Shown here in pieces: positions 1 through 9,361 of a stretch of 64,000 nucleotides of DNA. Made by a program: the position numbers and the translations under genes. This DNA comes from an uncultured Tenacibaculum sp. (lineage in GTDB: Bacteria; Bacteroidota; Bacteroidia; Flavobacteriales; Flavobacteriaceae): the NCBI GenBank assembly GCA_947492185.1, contig CANLMR010000011.1, positions 12,002 through 76,001 of the forward strand, given 5' to 3'. The notes beneath the pieces were generated by a model. That model ran no database searches. It was given only the letters and a program-made list of their open reading frames with translations, and had not been told where the DNA came from. Position 1 is the first letter of the stretch, and each line of letters begins with the position of its first letter.

Positions 1-1
1 T

Positions 2-268
2 ATAAACACCAAGAATTAAGCATTCACTTAAGAAATTAGCGATTTGTCTAGGTTTGAAATTTACTATACAACTAACTTGTTTTCCAATTAAATCTTCTTT
101 AGAATATAAGTTAGTTATTTGTGCACTAGATTTTTTTACACCTAAACTTCCTAAATCTATTTTAAGTTGATAAGCGGTTTTTTTAGCTTTAGGGAAATCA
201 TTGACTTCTAATATAGTTCCAATTCGGATATCAACTTTTAAAAAATCTTCAAAAGCAATTATGTCCAT
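2..268 (-). CDS. csaA: tRNA-binding/export chaperone CsaA family protein, 3' end runs off the window
   Basis: Own translation: MDIIAFEDFLKVDIRIGTILEVNDFPKAKKTAYQLKIDLGSLGVKKSSAQIT...VNFKPRQIANFLSECLILGVY; ATG overlaps the TAA of the upstream gene (TAATG). Confidence 0.88.
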   Translation of the reverse strand, partial: MDIIAFEDFLKVDIRIGTILEVNDFPKAKKTAYQLKIDLGSLGVKKSSAQITNLYSKEDLIGKQVSCIVNFKPRQIANFLSECLILGVY

Positions 269-732
269 TATTTTTTACTCAATTTTTCTATTACCCAAAG
301 CGGACCTACTAGTAAAAATTGTAAGTCTTTTAAAAAGGACGGTTTTTTTCCTTCTATTTTATGACCATAAAATTGACCAATCCAAGCAACTACGAATAAA
401 GTAATAGATACGATAAGTAAATTAGTATTGTTGTTTATCCAGTTGTTTCCTGCAATACATAGTAAAATAAAAGCAAACATTTTTAGGAAGTACCAAAATG
501 ATAATCGAAGATAGAATAGAATAGAAATTAAAATTCCAAATATAAAGGCCCAATTTTCGATTAAAGGATTATAAAGTTTAAAGGAGCTTTTAAGAAATCC
601 ATTAGGAATTGTCATAATTAAACCTATTATACTAAAGAATATAACAGGTACACATATATAATGAATAAGTTGGTTTTTTTCATTCTGATGACTTTCTGAA
701 TATTCCTTGAACAATTCTTCTGCTTTTCTCAT
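268..732 (-). CDS. DUF962/Mpo1-like membrane protein
   Basis: YSESHQNEKNQLIHYICVP and WIGQFYGHKIEGKKPSF motifs. Confidence 0.85.
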   Translation of the reverse strand: MRKAEELFKEYSESHQNEKNQLIHYICVPVIFFSIIGLIMTIPNGFLKSSFKLYNPLIENWAFIFGILISILFYLRLSFWYFLKMFAFILLCIAGNNWINNNTNLLIVSITLFVVAWIGQFYGHKIEGKKPSFLKDLQFLLVGPLWVIEKLSKK

Positions 733-763
733 TACTATTATGATTTGGTTTTTATATATAAAA

Positions 764-788
764 AAAGGTCAGAATAAATCTGACCTTT
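764..788 (-). terminator. Intrinsic terminator
   Basis: aaaggtcaga-ataaa-tctgaccttt hairpin with a T-run on the minus strand, after the TonB-like gene. Confidence 0.7.
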
Positions 789-811
789 CAAATATAATAT
801 TAAACTCTTAA

Positions 812-1894
812 TTATTGTAATCTGAAATTAATTGGGAATGCATATTTAACATTTACCGCTTTACCATTTTTCATCGCTGGTTTAACTCTAGGTAATTTTT
901 CAATTAATTTTTTTGTAGCTTCTTCTAAAACTTTAGTTCCTTTAGGACCTCTAGTTTTAACATCGGCAACTTCACCATTAGCATCAATTACGAAGTAAGC
1001 ATTAATTCTTCCCTCTATGTTTTGATCAACAGCTTCTGATGGATATGCAAAGTACTTATTAATGTGCTTACTCATTTCACTATTGAAACAGTCTACTGAG
1101 TTATCACTTGAACAGTTTTTGAAAACTGGAATACTTTCAACTTCATTAAATCTGAAGATTTGAGCAGTTTTATCTACACTTTTAGAAACTTTAACATTAG
1201 AAGGTTTTTTACCTGGAATTCTAAATGCGATAGGAACTCCATATTTAACTTTTACAAACTTACCGTTATGTTTACCTGGTTTGAATTTAGGTAATTTACG
1301 AACGATACGTTCTGCTTCTGCTTCTAAAAGTTCACCTTGGTATGGTCCTCTAATATTTAAGTTTTCAACGTCTCCTTCCTTGTTAATTACAAATTGAACA
1401 AGTACACGACCTTGAATACTTTTTTCATAAGCTTCTTTAGGATAAACGAAGTTTCTTCTAATATGTTCCGCAACTTTAGTTTTAAAACACTTCTCTTGCT
1501 GATAAATTGCAACTGATTCACAATCATTAAAAAGAGGAATCTCTTCTACTAAATTAAAAGGAACTTTTTCAACAACTTCTTCACTACTTAAATCTAAAGT
1601 ACCTACTAATGAAGCTTTCTTTTTAAGTGCAGCTAATTTGTTTGAAGTAGAACTAGAAGAATTAACACCTGTAACAGCATCTCTTTTTCTAATTACTCTT
1701 CTTCGTGAAGTAACTTCAACTGAAATTTGTTTTGTTTTTGCGTCTTTGTCTTCAACCGAGCATTTAGTAATACTATTTAAATCTAATGCCGGTTCTCCAT
1801 TTGGAGTGTCGCACGTCTCTTTTGACTTAGATTGAGACACGACTAACTGCGTACTGAAAGTAACAGCAGCTATTACTAGTAACTTTTTAACCAT
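812..1894 (-). CDS. TonB C-terminal-domain protein with two tandem TonB_C domains and a signal peptide
   Basis: Two YP..A....I.GR....FVI...G.V / VKY..PI.F repeats, each preceded by a Cys pair. Confidence 0.85.
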   Translation of the reverse strand: MVKKLLVIAAVTFSTQLVVSQSKSKETCDTPNGEPALDLNSITKCSVEDKDAKTKQISVEVTSRRRVIRKRDAVTGVNSSSSTSNKLAALKKKASLVGTLDLSSEEVVEKVPFNLVEEIPLFNDCESVAIYQQEKCFKTKVAEHIRRNFVYPKEAYEKSIQGRVLVQFVINKEGDVENLNIRGPYQGELLEAEAERIVRKLPKFKPGKHNGKFVKVKYGVPIAFRIPGKKPSNVKVSKSVDKTAQIFRFNEVESIPVFKNCSSDNSVDCFNSEMSKHINKYFAYPSEAVDQNIEGRINAYFVIDANGEVADVKTRGPKGTKVLEEATKKLIEKLPRVKPAMKNGKAVNVKYAFPINFRLQ

Positions 1895-2063
1895 ATTCTT
1901 AGGGATTAAGAGATTAACTTCGCGTCTAAGGTATGTATTATTAGTGATTAAAAAAAATTTTTTAAGATGTTTTATATGTTATCTACAGGTAAATGGTTAA
2001 TTTCTGTAGTTAAATAGAAATTTTATAATGATGAAATGCAATTATGTTATTTTATAAAATAAG

Positions 2064-2735
2064 TTATTCAGCGTTGAAATTTATAGGCAAACTATATTTA
2101 ACATTTACAGGTATTCCCTTGTGACGTCCGGGAGAGAAATTAGGTAGTTTGTTTAAAACTCTTTTTATCTCATTTTCAAGGGTTTCATCTTTTTTTCTTG
2201 CTTTTACTAGCAGATTAGATATTTTACCTTTTGTGTTAATCGTAAATTGAATAAAAACTCTTCCACTTATTCCTTCTTCTGAAGCTCTCTCAGGGTCAAA
2301 AGTTTTTGCAAAATGCTTAGAAAATTCATTATTAAAACATTCAATACTGTTTTTTTTACTGTTTTAGCATTTTGGAAATAAAGGTACATTATCTACAACA
2401 TTAAATAATATGAACTCAGTAGATAAGTTGTTTGTTACAATGTTGTTTTTTATTTCAAGGTTTTGATGTTGAATAACATCAGTGTTTAAATCTTTTGCGC
2501 TTCCTTCAATAGAATTAGCTTTTTGTCGTTTTCTAATGATTCTTTTTCTAGTTTTTTTTGCAGCTACATTTAAGGTTACTTTATTATTGTTTTTCTTATC
2601 TTTTTCAAAAGTACACTTAGAAATAGTGTTTAAATCTAACTCATTTGGTGTATCACAATGTTTTTTATTTTGAGATACTACAATTGAACTTAATAATGTA
2701 AAGATTATTAATAATAGGGGGGATAAAATTTTCAT
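2064..2735 (-). pseudogene. TonB C-terminal-domain gene interrupted by one in-frame TAA (2364-2366)
   Basis: Frame continues past the stop: VPLFPKC*NSKKNSIECFNNEFSKHFAKTFDPERASEEGISGRVFIQFTINTKG...VNVKYSLPINFNAE*; 224 codons, similar to the 230-aa paralogue at 19170. Confidence 0.85.
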
Positions 2736-2937
2736 TGTTAGGGGTGTTTTTAGATTTGATAATTGATTAATGCATTACAAATTTCGTTTAAGATGAATTT
2801 AATCGTGTTAATTGTAGCTTATAGAAAAGTTAAGTTATGGGAATTGCATAACAATAACTTTTATGATATTTTACAATTAATTAATGTAGGGGTTTTAAGA
2901 AGTAAGTGCTTCTATCTACTCAAATATATTAAAAAAG

Positions 2938-2975
2938 AAGCCAACAAAATTAACATATGTTAACCTTGTTGGCTT
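2938..2975 (-). terminator. Terminator-like hairpin after the PPIase gene
   Basis: aagccaacaa...ttgttggctt stem with an inner ttaacatatgttaa palindrome. Confidence 0.55.
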
Positions 2976-3039
2976 TTGTTTATAAACTCAAACCATTAAT
3001 TAATAAATGGTTATAGGTTTTAACTTTGATAAAGTTTAT

Positions 3040-3969
3040 TTACTTTACATTCATAAGTTCAACATCAAATATTAAAGTTGAATTTGGAGGAATTACACCA
3101 CCAGCTCCTCTTTCTCCGTATGCTAAATTTGAAGGGATTACTAATCTTGCTTTATCTCCAACTTGTAATAATTGAATTCCTTCGTCCCAACCTGATATGA
3201 CTTGTCCGACTCCAATAGCAAAATCCAGAGGTTGTTTGCGTTTATAAGATGAATCGAATACTGTTCCGTCTAATAATTGACCTTTGTAATGAACAGATAC
3301 CATAGCTCCTTTAGTAGCTTTTTTACCTTCGCCTTTTTGTAAAATTTTATAACGTAATCCGCTTGGTGTTTCATCATAACCAGCAGCTACTTGATCCAAT
3401 AATTCTTTTTGCTTCGCTTTTTCAGCAGCTTCTCTTTTTTCACGTGCACCCTCGAAAGTTCTGAAAGCTTCAACAGCATTCCATTTTTCAGCAGTTTCTC
3501 CAACACGTAAAATTTCTACTTGCATTTCGTCTTCTTGTGCAACTGCATCAACAACATCTTGTCCTTCAATTACACTTCCAAATACAGTATGTTTTCCGTC
3601 TAACCATGGTGTAGCAACGTGAGTAATGAAAAATTGAGATCCATTTGTACCAGGACCTGCATTTGCCATAGATAATTTACCTGGAGTATCATGTTTTAAA
3701 TCAGGATGAATTTCATCATCAAATTTATATCCTGGATTTCCTGTTCCCGTTCCTTGTGGACAACCACCTTGAATCATAAAATCAGGAATTACTCTATGGA
3801 ATTTTAATCCATTATAATATGGCTCACCTTGTGAACGAGCATCATTTTCTAAATTTCCTTCGGCTAAAGCAACAAAGTTACCAACAGTTCCAGGAGTTTT
3901 TTCATATTCTAAATTCACTAAAATCTCTCCTTTTGGAGTTGTGAACTTTGCGTAAATTCCGTTATTCAT
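3040..3969 (-). CDS. Peptidyl-prolyl isomerase, cyclophilin-FKBP fusion
   Basis: [41 protein letters not shown] (cyclophilin); [31 protein letters not shown] (FKBP). Confidence 0.95.
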   Translation of the reverse strand: MNNGIYAKFTTPKGEILVNLEYEKTPGTVGNFVALAEGNLENDARSQGEPYYNGLKFHRVIPDFMIQGGCPQGTGTGNPGYKFDDEIHPDLKHDTPGKLSMANAGPGTNGSQFFITHVATPWLDGKHTVFGSVIEGQDVVDAVAQEDEMQVEILRVGETAEKWNAVEAFRTFEGAREKREAAEKAKQKELLDQVAAGYDETPSGLRYKILQKGEGKKATKGAMVSVHYKGQLLDGTVFDSSYKRKQPLDFAIGVGQVISGWDEGIQLLQVGDKARLVIPSNLAYGERGAGGVIPPNSTLIFDVELMNVK

Positions 3970-3978
3970 TATTTTGTG

Positions 3979-5550
3979 TTATTTATCTTTATTATTGTTT
4001 TTCGCTAAAAGTGAGGCAAAGTTAAAACTTAATCCAATATTTAGGTTATTGGAATTAACATTTCCAAATGGTGCGTATAATTTACCTCCAGATATTTTTA
4101 GAGCTAGGTTATCTTTAATATGGTAATTAAAACCAATAGTTGGTCTAACAACTATTCCTTCATCTGTATCAACTCCAGCTCCTCCAGCGGCACCGCCAGT
4201 TAAATTAACAAATGCATCGAAATTATTATTGATGAATCTATTTGTTTTAAATCCTAATCCGATTAAACCATGTGCATATCCTCCAGATCTTCCACCATAA
4301 GCAAAACCAGCTTCACCTATTACATAAATATTTTTGAAAATATCATAGTTAAACTGTAGCCCTATTAGTTGTAAGTCTGTAGATAGTACATTGTTTGGGT
4401 CGTCGGTTTTATTCACATCGAAATACGTCTGATTCAATAAAGCAACAGAAATTCCCTGTGTTTTAAATGTGTTATTCCTATTTGAAGTTGGGGTTTTGGT
4501 CCCTCCAGATAGATTGATGTATTTTAAACCAAAACCAAGTGTATAGGCTTCAAAATCACCATCTAAAGCTCTGTAATATCCTCCATGTCCACTTAAAGCA
4601 AGATTATCTGAGATTTTTAAATCGATTCCAGCTGAAGGATAAACTGTAAGTCCGCCTTCAGGAGCAATTCTTCCACCTGCTGCTCCAATTCCAAGTTTAC
4701 CGAATAGGTTTATATATTTTGATTGATAAGGATGATAACCAGCTCCGAAGAACAAATCCATAAACCCAGCTCTTAATCCTTTATAAATGGCATCAGTATG
4801 TGCGAATAAGAACGTTTTATCATTTATATATTTTTGATATTCAAATCCTAAAACATATAAAGTTGAATCTAAATCAGTACCATTATCTCTTTTTGATTCA
4901 CCAGTAGGGAAGAAGAAGTCAAAACGAACTTGTTGTACGTTTTTAATAGTTGGTTTATTCCAAAAGAATTCAGTTTTATCTCCAAGTTTAAACTCTTTAT
5001 TGGCGTCTTCATATTTTGCAAATCTGAAAATACTTGGTATTTCAAAAAATACAGAAATAGCATTATCTTTAATTGAGCCCGTATAAAAATTTATATAACT
5101 GTATTGAACACCAAATGAGTAATTCTTCTTTTTATATTGTAGACCAATATTAGAGTTAATAAAAGCTCCATCATTAATTAAAATTCGATAACCACCACCT
5201 CCACCGAAGTGAATATTCCCATCAAAATATAAGTTATTGTAGATTTTTTTATTTACACCTAATTCAGCACCAAGAGTAAATAAACCACCTTGATCACCAG
5301 TTACCGCATAATGAAAACCAGCACCTCCATATAGCCAATCATTAAATGGAATTTGATAATGTAAACCTACTAAACCCATTGTAGCATCTAAATTTGGAAA
5401 TTCAGATGTAGGCATTGAAACTGGAATAAAGTTTAATCGTACTTTATTTGTTAATTCTTTACCTTCTAATGTAGAAATATCTTTTTGAGCAAAAGATAAA
5501 ACACAATTAAAAAGTATAAAGAAAGATAAGAGTTTAGTTTGTTTTTTCAT
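3979..5550 (-). CDS. Hypothetical outer-membrane protein, about three tandem beta-barrel-like repeats
   Basis: Signal peptide (SFAQ); repeated Gly/aromatic alternating strand blocks. Confidence 0.6.
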   Translation of the reverse strand: MKKQTKLLSFFILFNCVLSFAQKDISTLEGKELTNKVRLNFIPVSMPTSEFPNLDATMGLVGLHYQIPFNDWLYGGAGFHYAVTGDQGGLFTLGAELGVNKKIYNNLYFDGNIHFGGGGGYRILINDGAFINSNIGLQYKKKNYSFGVQYSYINFYTGSIKDNAISVFFEIPSIFRFAKYEDANKEFKLGDKTEFFWNKPTIKNVQQVRFDFFFPTGESKRDNGTDLDSTLYVLGFEYQKYINDKTFLFAHTDAIYKGLRAGFMDLFFGAGYHPYQSKYINLFGKLGIGAAGGRIAPEGGLTVYPSAGIDLKISDNLALSGHGGYYRALDGDFEAYTLGFGLKYINLSGGTKTPTSNRNNTFKTQGISVALLNQTYFDVNKTDDPNNVLSTDLQLIGLQFNYDIFKNIYVIGEAGFAYGGRSGGYAHGLIGLGFKTNRFINNNFDAFVNLTGGAAGGAGVDTDEGIVVRPTIGFNYHIKDNLALKISGGKLYAPFGNVNSNNLNIGLSFNFASLLAKNNNKDK

Positions 5551-5556
5551 TTGATT

Positions 5557-7146
5557 TTATTCAAATTCACTTGTGTTGTGAAGTTTTACCGTAGGATATT
5601 TACTTTGAGTCATTTGAATAGTAAAAGGAGAGTCGGCTAAGAATACTAATTGTCCTTGTTTATCTTTAGCTAGGTAACGTTGTTTTACTCTTTTGAATTC
5701 TTTGAATTCTTCATTTTTTTCATCTTCTGGTTCAACCCAACAAGCTTTATGAACAGCAATATTTTCATAAGTACATTTAGCACCATATTCATGCTCTAAA
5801 CGATATTGAATTACCTCATACTGAAGTGCACCTACAGTACCAATAATTCTTCTTCCGTTCAAGTCTAAGGTAAATAACTGAGCAACACCTTCATCCATTA
5901 ACTGATCTAATCCTTTATATAGTTGTTTTGCTTTTAAAGGATCAGCATTGTTTACATAACGGAAATGTTCTGGTGAGAAACTCGGTATTCCTTTAAAGTT
6001 TAACTTCTCTCCTTCAGTTAATGTATCACCAATTTTAAAATTACCTGTATCATGCAAACCAACAATATCTCCTGCAAAGGACTCTTCAACAATTTCTTTT
6101 TTCTCTGCAAAAAAAGCATTAGGACTAGAGAATTTTACTTTTTTATTATTTCGTACATGTAAATATGGAGTATTTCTTTTGAAGGTTCCAGAAACAATTT
6201 TCACAAAGGCCAAACGATCCCTGTGTTTTGGATCCATATTTGCATGGATTTTAAAAACAAACCCAGTGAGCTTTTCTTCTTTGGAATCAACTAAACGTGA
6301 GTCCGACATTTTAGGTTGTGGATTCGGAGCAATATCAATAAAACAATCTAATAATTCTTTTACTCCAAAATTATTTAAAGCAGAACCAAAAAATACAGGC
6401 TGTAATTGTCCTTCTTCATATTCATCTTTATTGAACTCAGGGTAAACCTCATAAACTAATTCTAATTCTTCTCTAAGTGTATTTGCAGCATCTTCACCAA
6501 CTAAATTATCTAATTCAGGATTATTTACATCATCAAATTCTACACCTTCAGAAATAGTTTGTTTGTTATCTCCAGAGAAAACATTTATTTTCTTTCCCCA
6601 GATATTATAGATACCTTTAAAATCATATCCCATTCCTATAGGGAAACTTAATGGAGTAACACGTAAACCTAATTTTTGCTCAACTTCATCTAATAAATCA
6701 AAAGCGTCTTTTCCTTCACGATCTAATTTGTTAATAAACACAATCATTGGAATATTACGCATTCTACAAACCTGAACTAGTTTTTCAGTTTGTTCCTCAA
6801 CTCCTTTTGCAACATCAATAACTACAATTACACTATCAACTGCAGTTAATGTTCTAAAAGTATCTTCAGCAAAATCCTTATGACCAGGAGTGTCAAGAAT
6901 ATTAATTTTTTTATCTCTATAATTAAAAGCCAATACAGAAGTTGCTACTGAGATACCACGTTGGCGTTCGATCTCCATAAAATCGGAAGTAGCACCTTTT
7001 TTAATCTTATTACTTTTTACTGCACCAGCTTCCTGAATTGCACCACCAAATAAAAGTAATTTCTCGGTTAATGTTGTTTTACCCGCATCAGGGTGAGATA
7101 TAATTCCGAACGTTCTTCTTTTCTGTATTTCTTCTAAAAAACTCAT
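5557..7146 (-). CDS. prfC: Peptide chain release factor 3
   Basis: RRTFGIISHPDAGKTTLTEKLLL, DTPGHKDF, NKLD, GAVGxLQ-like GTVGALQYEV. Confidence 0.97.
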   Translation of the reverse strand: MSFLEEIQKRRTFGIISHPDAGKTTLTEKLLLFGGAIQEAGAVKSNKIKKGATSDFMEIERQRGISVATSVLAFNYRDKKINILDTPGHKDFAEDTFRTLTAVDSVIVVIDVAKGVEEQTEKLVQVCRMRNIPMIVFINKLDREGKDAFDLLDEVEQKLGLRVTPLSFPIGMGYDFKGIYNIWGKKINVFSGDNKQTISEGVEFDDVNNPELDNLVGEDAANTLREELELVYEVYPEFNKDEYEEGQLQPVFFGSALNNFGVKELLDCFIDIAPNPQPKMSDSRLVDSKEEKLTGFVFKIHANMDPKHRDRLAFVKIVSGTFKRNTPYLHVRNNKKVKFSSPNAFFAEKKEIVEESFAGDIVGLHDTGNFKIGDTLTEGEKLNFKGIPSFSPEHFRYVNNADPLKAKQLYKGLDQLMDEGVAQLFTLDLNGRRIIGTVGALQYEVIQYRLEHEYGAKCTYENIAVHKACWVEPEDEKNEEFKEFKRVKQRYLAKDKQGQLVFLADSPFTIQMTQSKYPTVKLHNTSEFE

Positions 7147-7164
7147 CTATAAATTTTGAAGTGG

Positions 7165-7172
7165 CAAAGATA
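7165..7172 (-). promoter_or_regulatory. Bacteroidota sigma70 -7 element upstream of prfC
   Basis: TAtcTTTG on the minus strand, about 20 nt before ATG. Confidence 0.65.
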
Positions 7173-7304
7173 GTTTTTAAAAGAAAAAGAGCCAAGAGTT
7201 TACGGCTTTATCAAGAACAGTTAGAAAGACTATAAATAAAGTGAGCATAATTCTTTTCAATTATACTCACTTTTAATAAAATTAAAATTTGAGGCATTAT
7301 TTTT

Positions 7305-8258
7305 TTATATAACTTTCATAAAGTTCTTGATCTTTTCGATGATAACATCACCATCTTCTTCTAGAGCAAAATGACCAGTGTCATAAATATTATAGTCAAT
7401 ATTTTTTACATCGTTTTTAAAAGCTTCAGCACCATTTTCTGGGAAGAATGCGTCATTTTTCCCCCAGACGATTAATAACGGAGGTTGATTATCTCTAAGA
7501 TATTGTTGCCATTTTGGATACAATTTAATGTTGTTTTGATAGTCATAGAATAAATCCAAGTGCATTTTATGAGCTTTTGGTCTTAACATTCTCAAATAAT
7601 CTAAATTCCAGGTATCTGGATTAATGTGTTCTGGATTTCTAGTGCCATGAGTGTATTGCCATTTTAATCCTTCTTTAGAAAATGCGAATAATAAAGCTTT
7701 CTCAGTTTCTTCATTTCTATTCGCCCAAAGTGCCTCGATTCCTTTCCAACCTTCACCTAATCCTTCTTCATAAGCATTTCCATTCTGATTAATAATTGCA
7801 GTTATTTTTTCCGGATTTGAAGTTGCCAATCTAAAACCAACTGGAGCACCATAATCCTGTATCATTATAGCATAAGAATCAACTTTTTTTAGTGCAAGGA
7901 ATTTTTCTATGTAAGAAGCGATATTATCAAAAGTATATGTAAACTCATCAGGAGATGGAAAATCACTCTCTCCAAATCCTGGATAATCAGGAGCGATTAA
8001 ATGAAATTCGTTTGAAAGCTCGCTAAGAACTTTTCTGTATTGATGAGAAGAACTTGGGAATCCATGTAAAAGAACAATAGTTGGGTTTTTAGGATTACCA
8101 GATTCTCTGTAAGCAATGGATATACCGTCTACATTTAAGTTTTTGTATTGAATTGTCGTCATTTTATTTTGTTTTGTGTTTTCTGTTTTCGGTTCTTTTG
8201 AACATCCTAATGCAAGTATTAGCAATAGAAGTACAGCTATAGATTTTAAATTTTTCAT
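7305..8258 (-). CDS. Alpha/beta hydrolase (epoxide hydrolase/dehalogenase-like), probable lipoprotein
   Basis: LLHGFPSSS, APDYPGFG, QDYG nucleophile elbow, DTGHFALE; lipobox-like LGC. Confidence 0.88.
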   Translation of the reverse strand: MKNLKSIAVLLLLILALGCSKEPKTENTKQNKMTTIQYKNLNVDGISIAYRESGNPKNPTIVLLHGFPSSSHQYRKVLSELSNEFHLIAPDYPGFGESDFPSPDEFTYTFDNIASYIEKFLALKKVDSYAIMIQDYGAPVGFRLATSNPEKITAIINQNGNAYEEGLGEGWKGIEALWANRNEETEKALLFAFSKEGLKWQYTHGTRNPEHINPDTWNLDYLRMLRPKAHKMHLDLFYDYQNNIKLYPKWQQYLRDNQPPLLIVWGKNDAFFPENGAEAFKNDVKNIDYNIYDTGHFALEEDGDVIIEKIKNFMKVI

Positions 8259-8268
8259 TGTGTTTGTT

Positions 8269-8676
8269 TTATAATTTTCTGTCTGTTTCGTCTACTTCTA
8301 TATCGTTTATACTGGCAAATCGTTTTTTCATTAAACCATTTTCATCAAATTCCCAGTTTTCATTTCCATAGGCTCTAAACCATTTGCCTTCCGTATTTTG
8401 ATATTCATATTCGAATCTTACTGCAATTCGATTATCAGAGAATGCCCATAATTTTTTTTTTAGCTTATAATTCAGTTCAGTTTTCCATTTATCCTTTAAA
8501 AATTTTTGAACTTCATTTCTTCCATTGATAAATAGATTTCGATTTCTCCATTCTGTATCTAGAGTGTATGCTTCAGAAATTTTAATTGGATTTTTACTAT
8601 TCCAGGCATCTTCTGCCATTTGAACTTTTTGTTTAGCAGTCTCCAAATTGAATGGAGGAAGTGGATATTTTTTCAT
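8269..8676 (-). CDS. DUF1348 / SnoaL-like (NTF2-fold) protein
   Basis: PLPPF...[31 protein letters not shown]. Confidence 0.9.
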   Translation of the reverse strand: MKKYPLPPFNLETAKQKVQMAEDAWNSKNPIKISEAYTLDTEWRNRNLFINGRNEVQKFLKDKWKTELNYKLKKKLWAFSDNRIAVRFEYEYQNTEGKWFRAYGNENWEFDENGLMKKRFASINDIEVDETDRKL

Positions 8677-8690
8677 GTTTATTGATTATG

Positions 8691-8708
8691 TTACCGAACG
8701 TTTGGTAA
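8691..8708. promoter_or_regulatory. Putative TetR operator 1
   Basis: TTACCGAACGTTTGGTAA imperfect palindrome 14 nt upstream of the DUF1348 ATG; 16/18 identical to the site at 9304 (opposite strand). Confidence 0.75.
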
Positions 8709-8727
8709 AATTGATTTATAAATTTTT

Positions 8728-9291
8728 TTAAAACTTTGAATATGTCATTTCTATTTCTTGTAATGCATTTTCAAATACTTCGATATTATTTAATCCTTTA
8801 GATACAATTAAACTTCCTTGGATTTTAATTAGAGTTCTTGTCGCTTCATTTTTGGCTTCAGTAGGAGTGAGGCCAAAACTTAATCCTAGTGATTCAAAAG
8901 TTGAAACCCATTTTTGCATTCCATTGTTTATTTCATTAGCGAATAATTCCAAACCAGATTGCAATGAAAGGGCGCGGAAAATACATATTTCTTTACCACC
9001 ATTATATAAGATTCTAATTTCATTTAATCCTTTTTTTAATCTTATATTAGGAGAATTTTCCTCATTAAGTAATTCAAAAAAAACTCGTTCTTCAACCCAA
9101 CTTTGAATATGATTTAAAACAGCATCGGCCATTTCTTTTTTTCCATTGGGGAATCTATGATACAAACTTGCCTTTTTTAAACCAGTTGCATCCGATAAAT
9201 CTTTTAAGCTTGCTCCATTGTATCCTTTAGAACGGAATACTTGACTTAGTCCATCTAAAATTTCATTATCTAATACTTTTTGAGGTCTCAT
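8728..9291 (-). CDS. TetR/AcrR family transcriptional regulator
   Basis: FRSKGYNGASLKDLSDATGLKKASLYHRFPNGKKEM HTH. Confidence 0.93.
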   Translation of the reverse strand: MRPQKVLDNEILDGLSQVFRSKGYNGASLKDLSDATGLKKASLYHRFPNGKKEMADAVLNHIQSWVEERVFFELLNEENSPNIRLKKGLNEIRILYNGGKEICIFRALSLQSGLELFANEINNGMQKWVSTFESLGLSFGLTPTEAKNEATRTLIKIQGSLIVSKGLNNIEVFENALQEIEMTYSKF

Positions 9292-9303
9292 TAATTGTTA
9301 ATT

Positions 9304-9321
9304 TTACCAATCGGTCGGTAA
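9304..9321. promoter_or_regulatory. Putative TetR operator 2 (autoregulatory)
   Basis: TTACCAATCGGTCGGTAA 12 nt upstream of the tetR ATG, overlapping a TActTTTA -7-like element. Confidence 0.75.
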
Positions 9322-9361
9322 AAGTAGTTTTACATTACAGAAAAAACATTTTTTTTTAAAA

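Noticed and set aside
201-404. 67-aa plus-strand ORF
   Set aside because: Antisense shadow of csaA and the DUF962 gene; no recognisable features
2763-2963. 66-aa ORF in the TonB-PPIase spacer
   Set aside because: Starts at TTG, low-complexity AT-rich sequence, runs into a terminator hairpin, no motif
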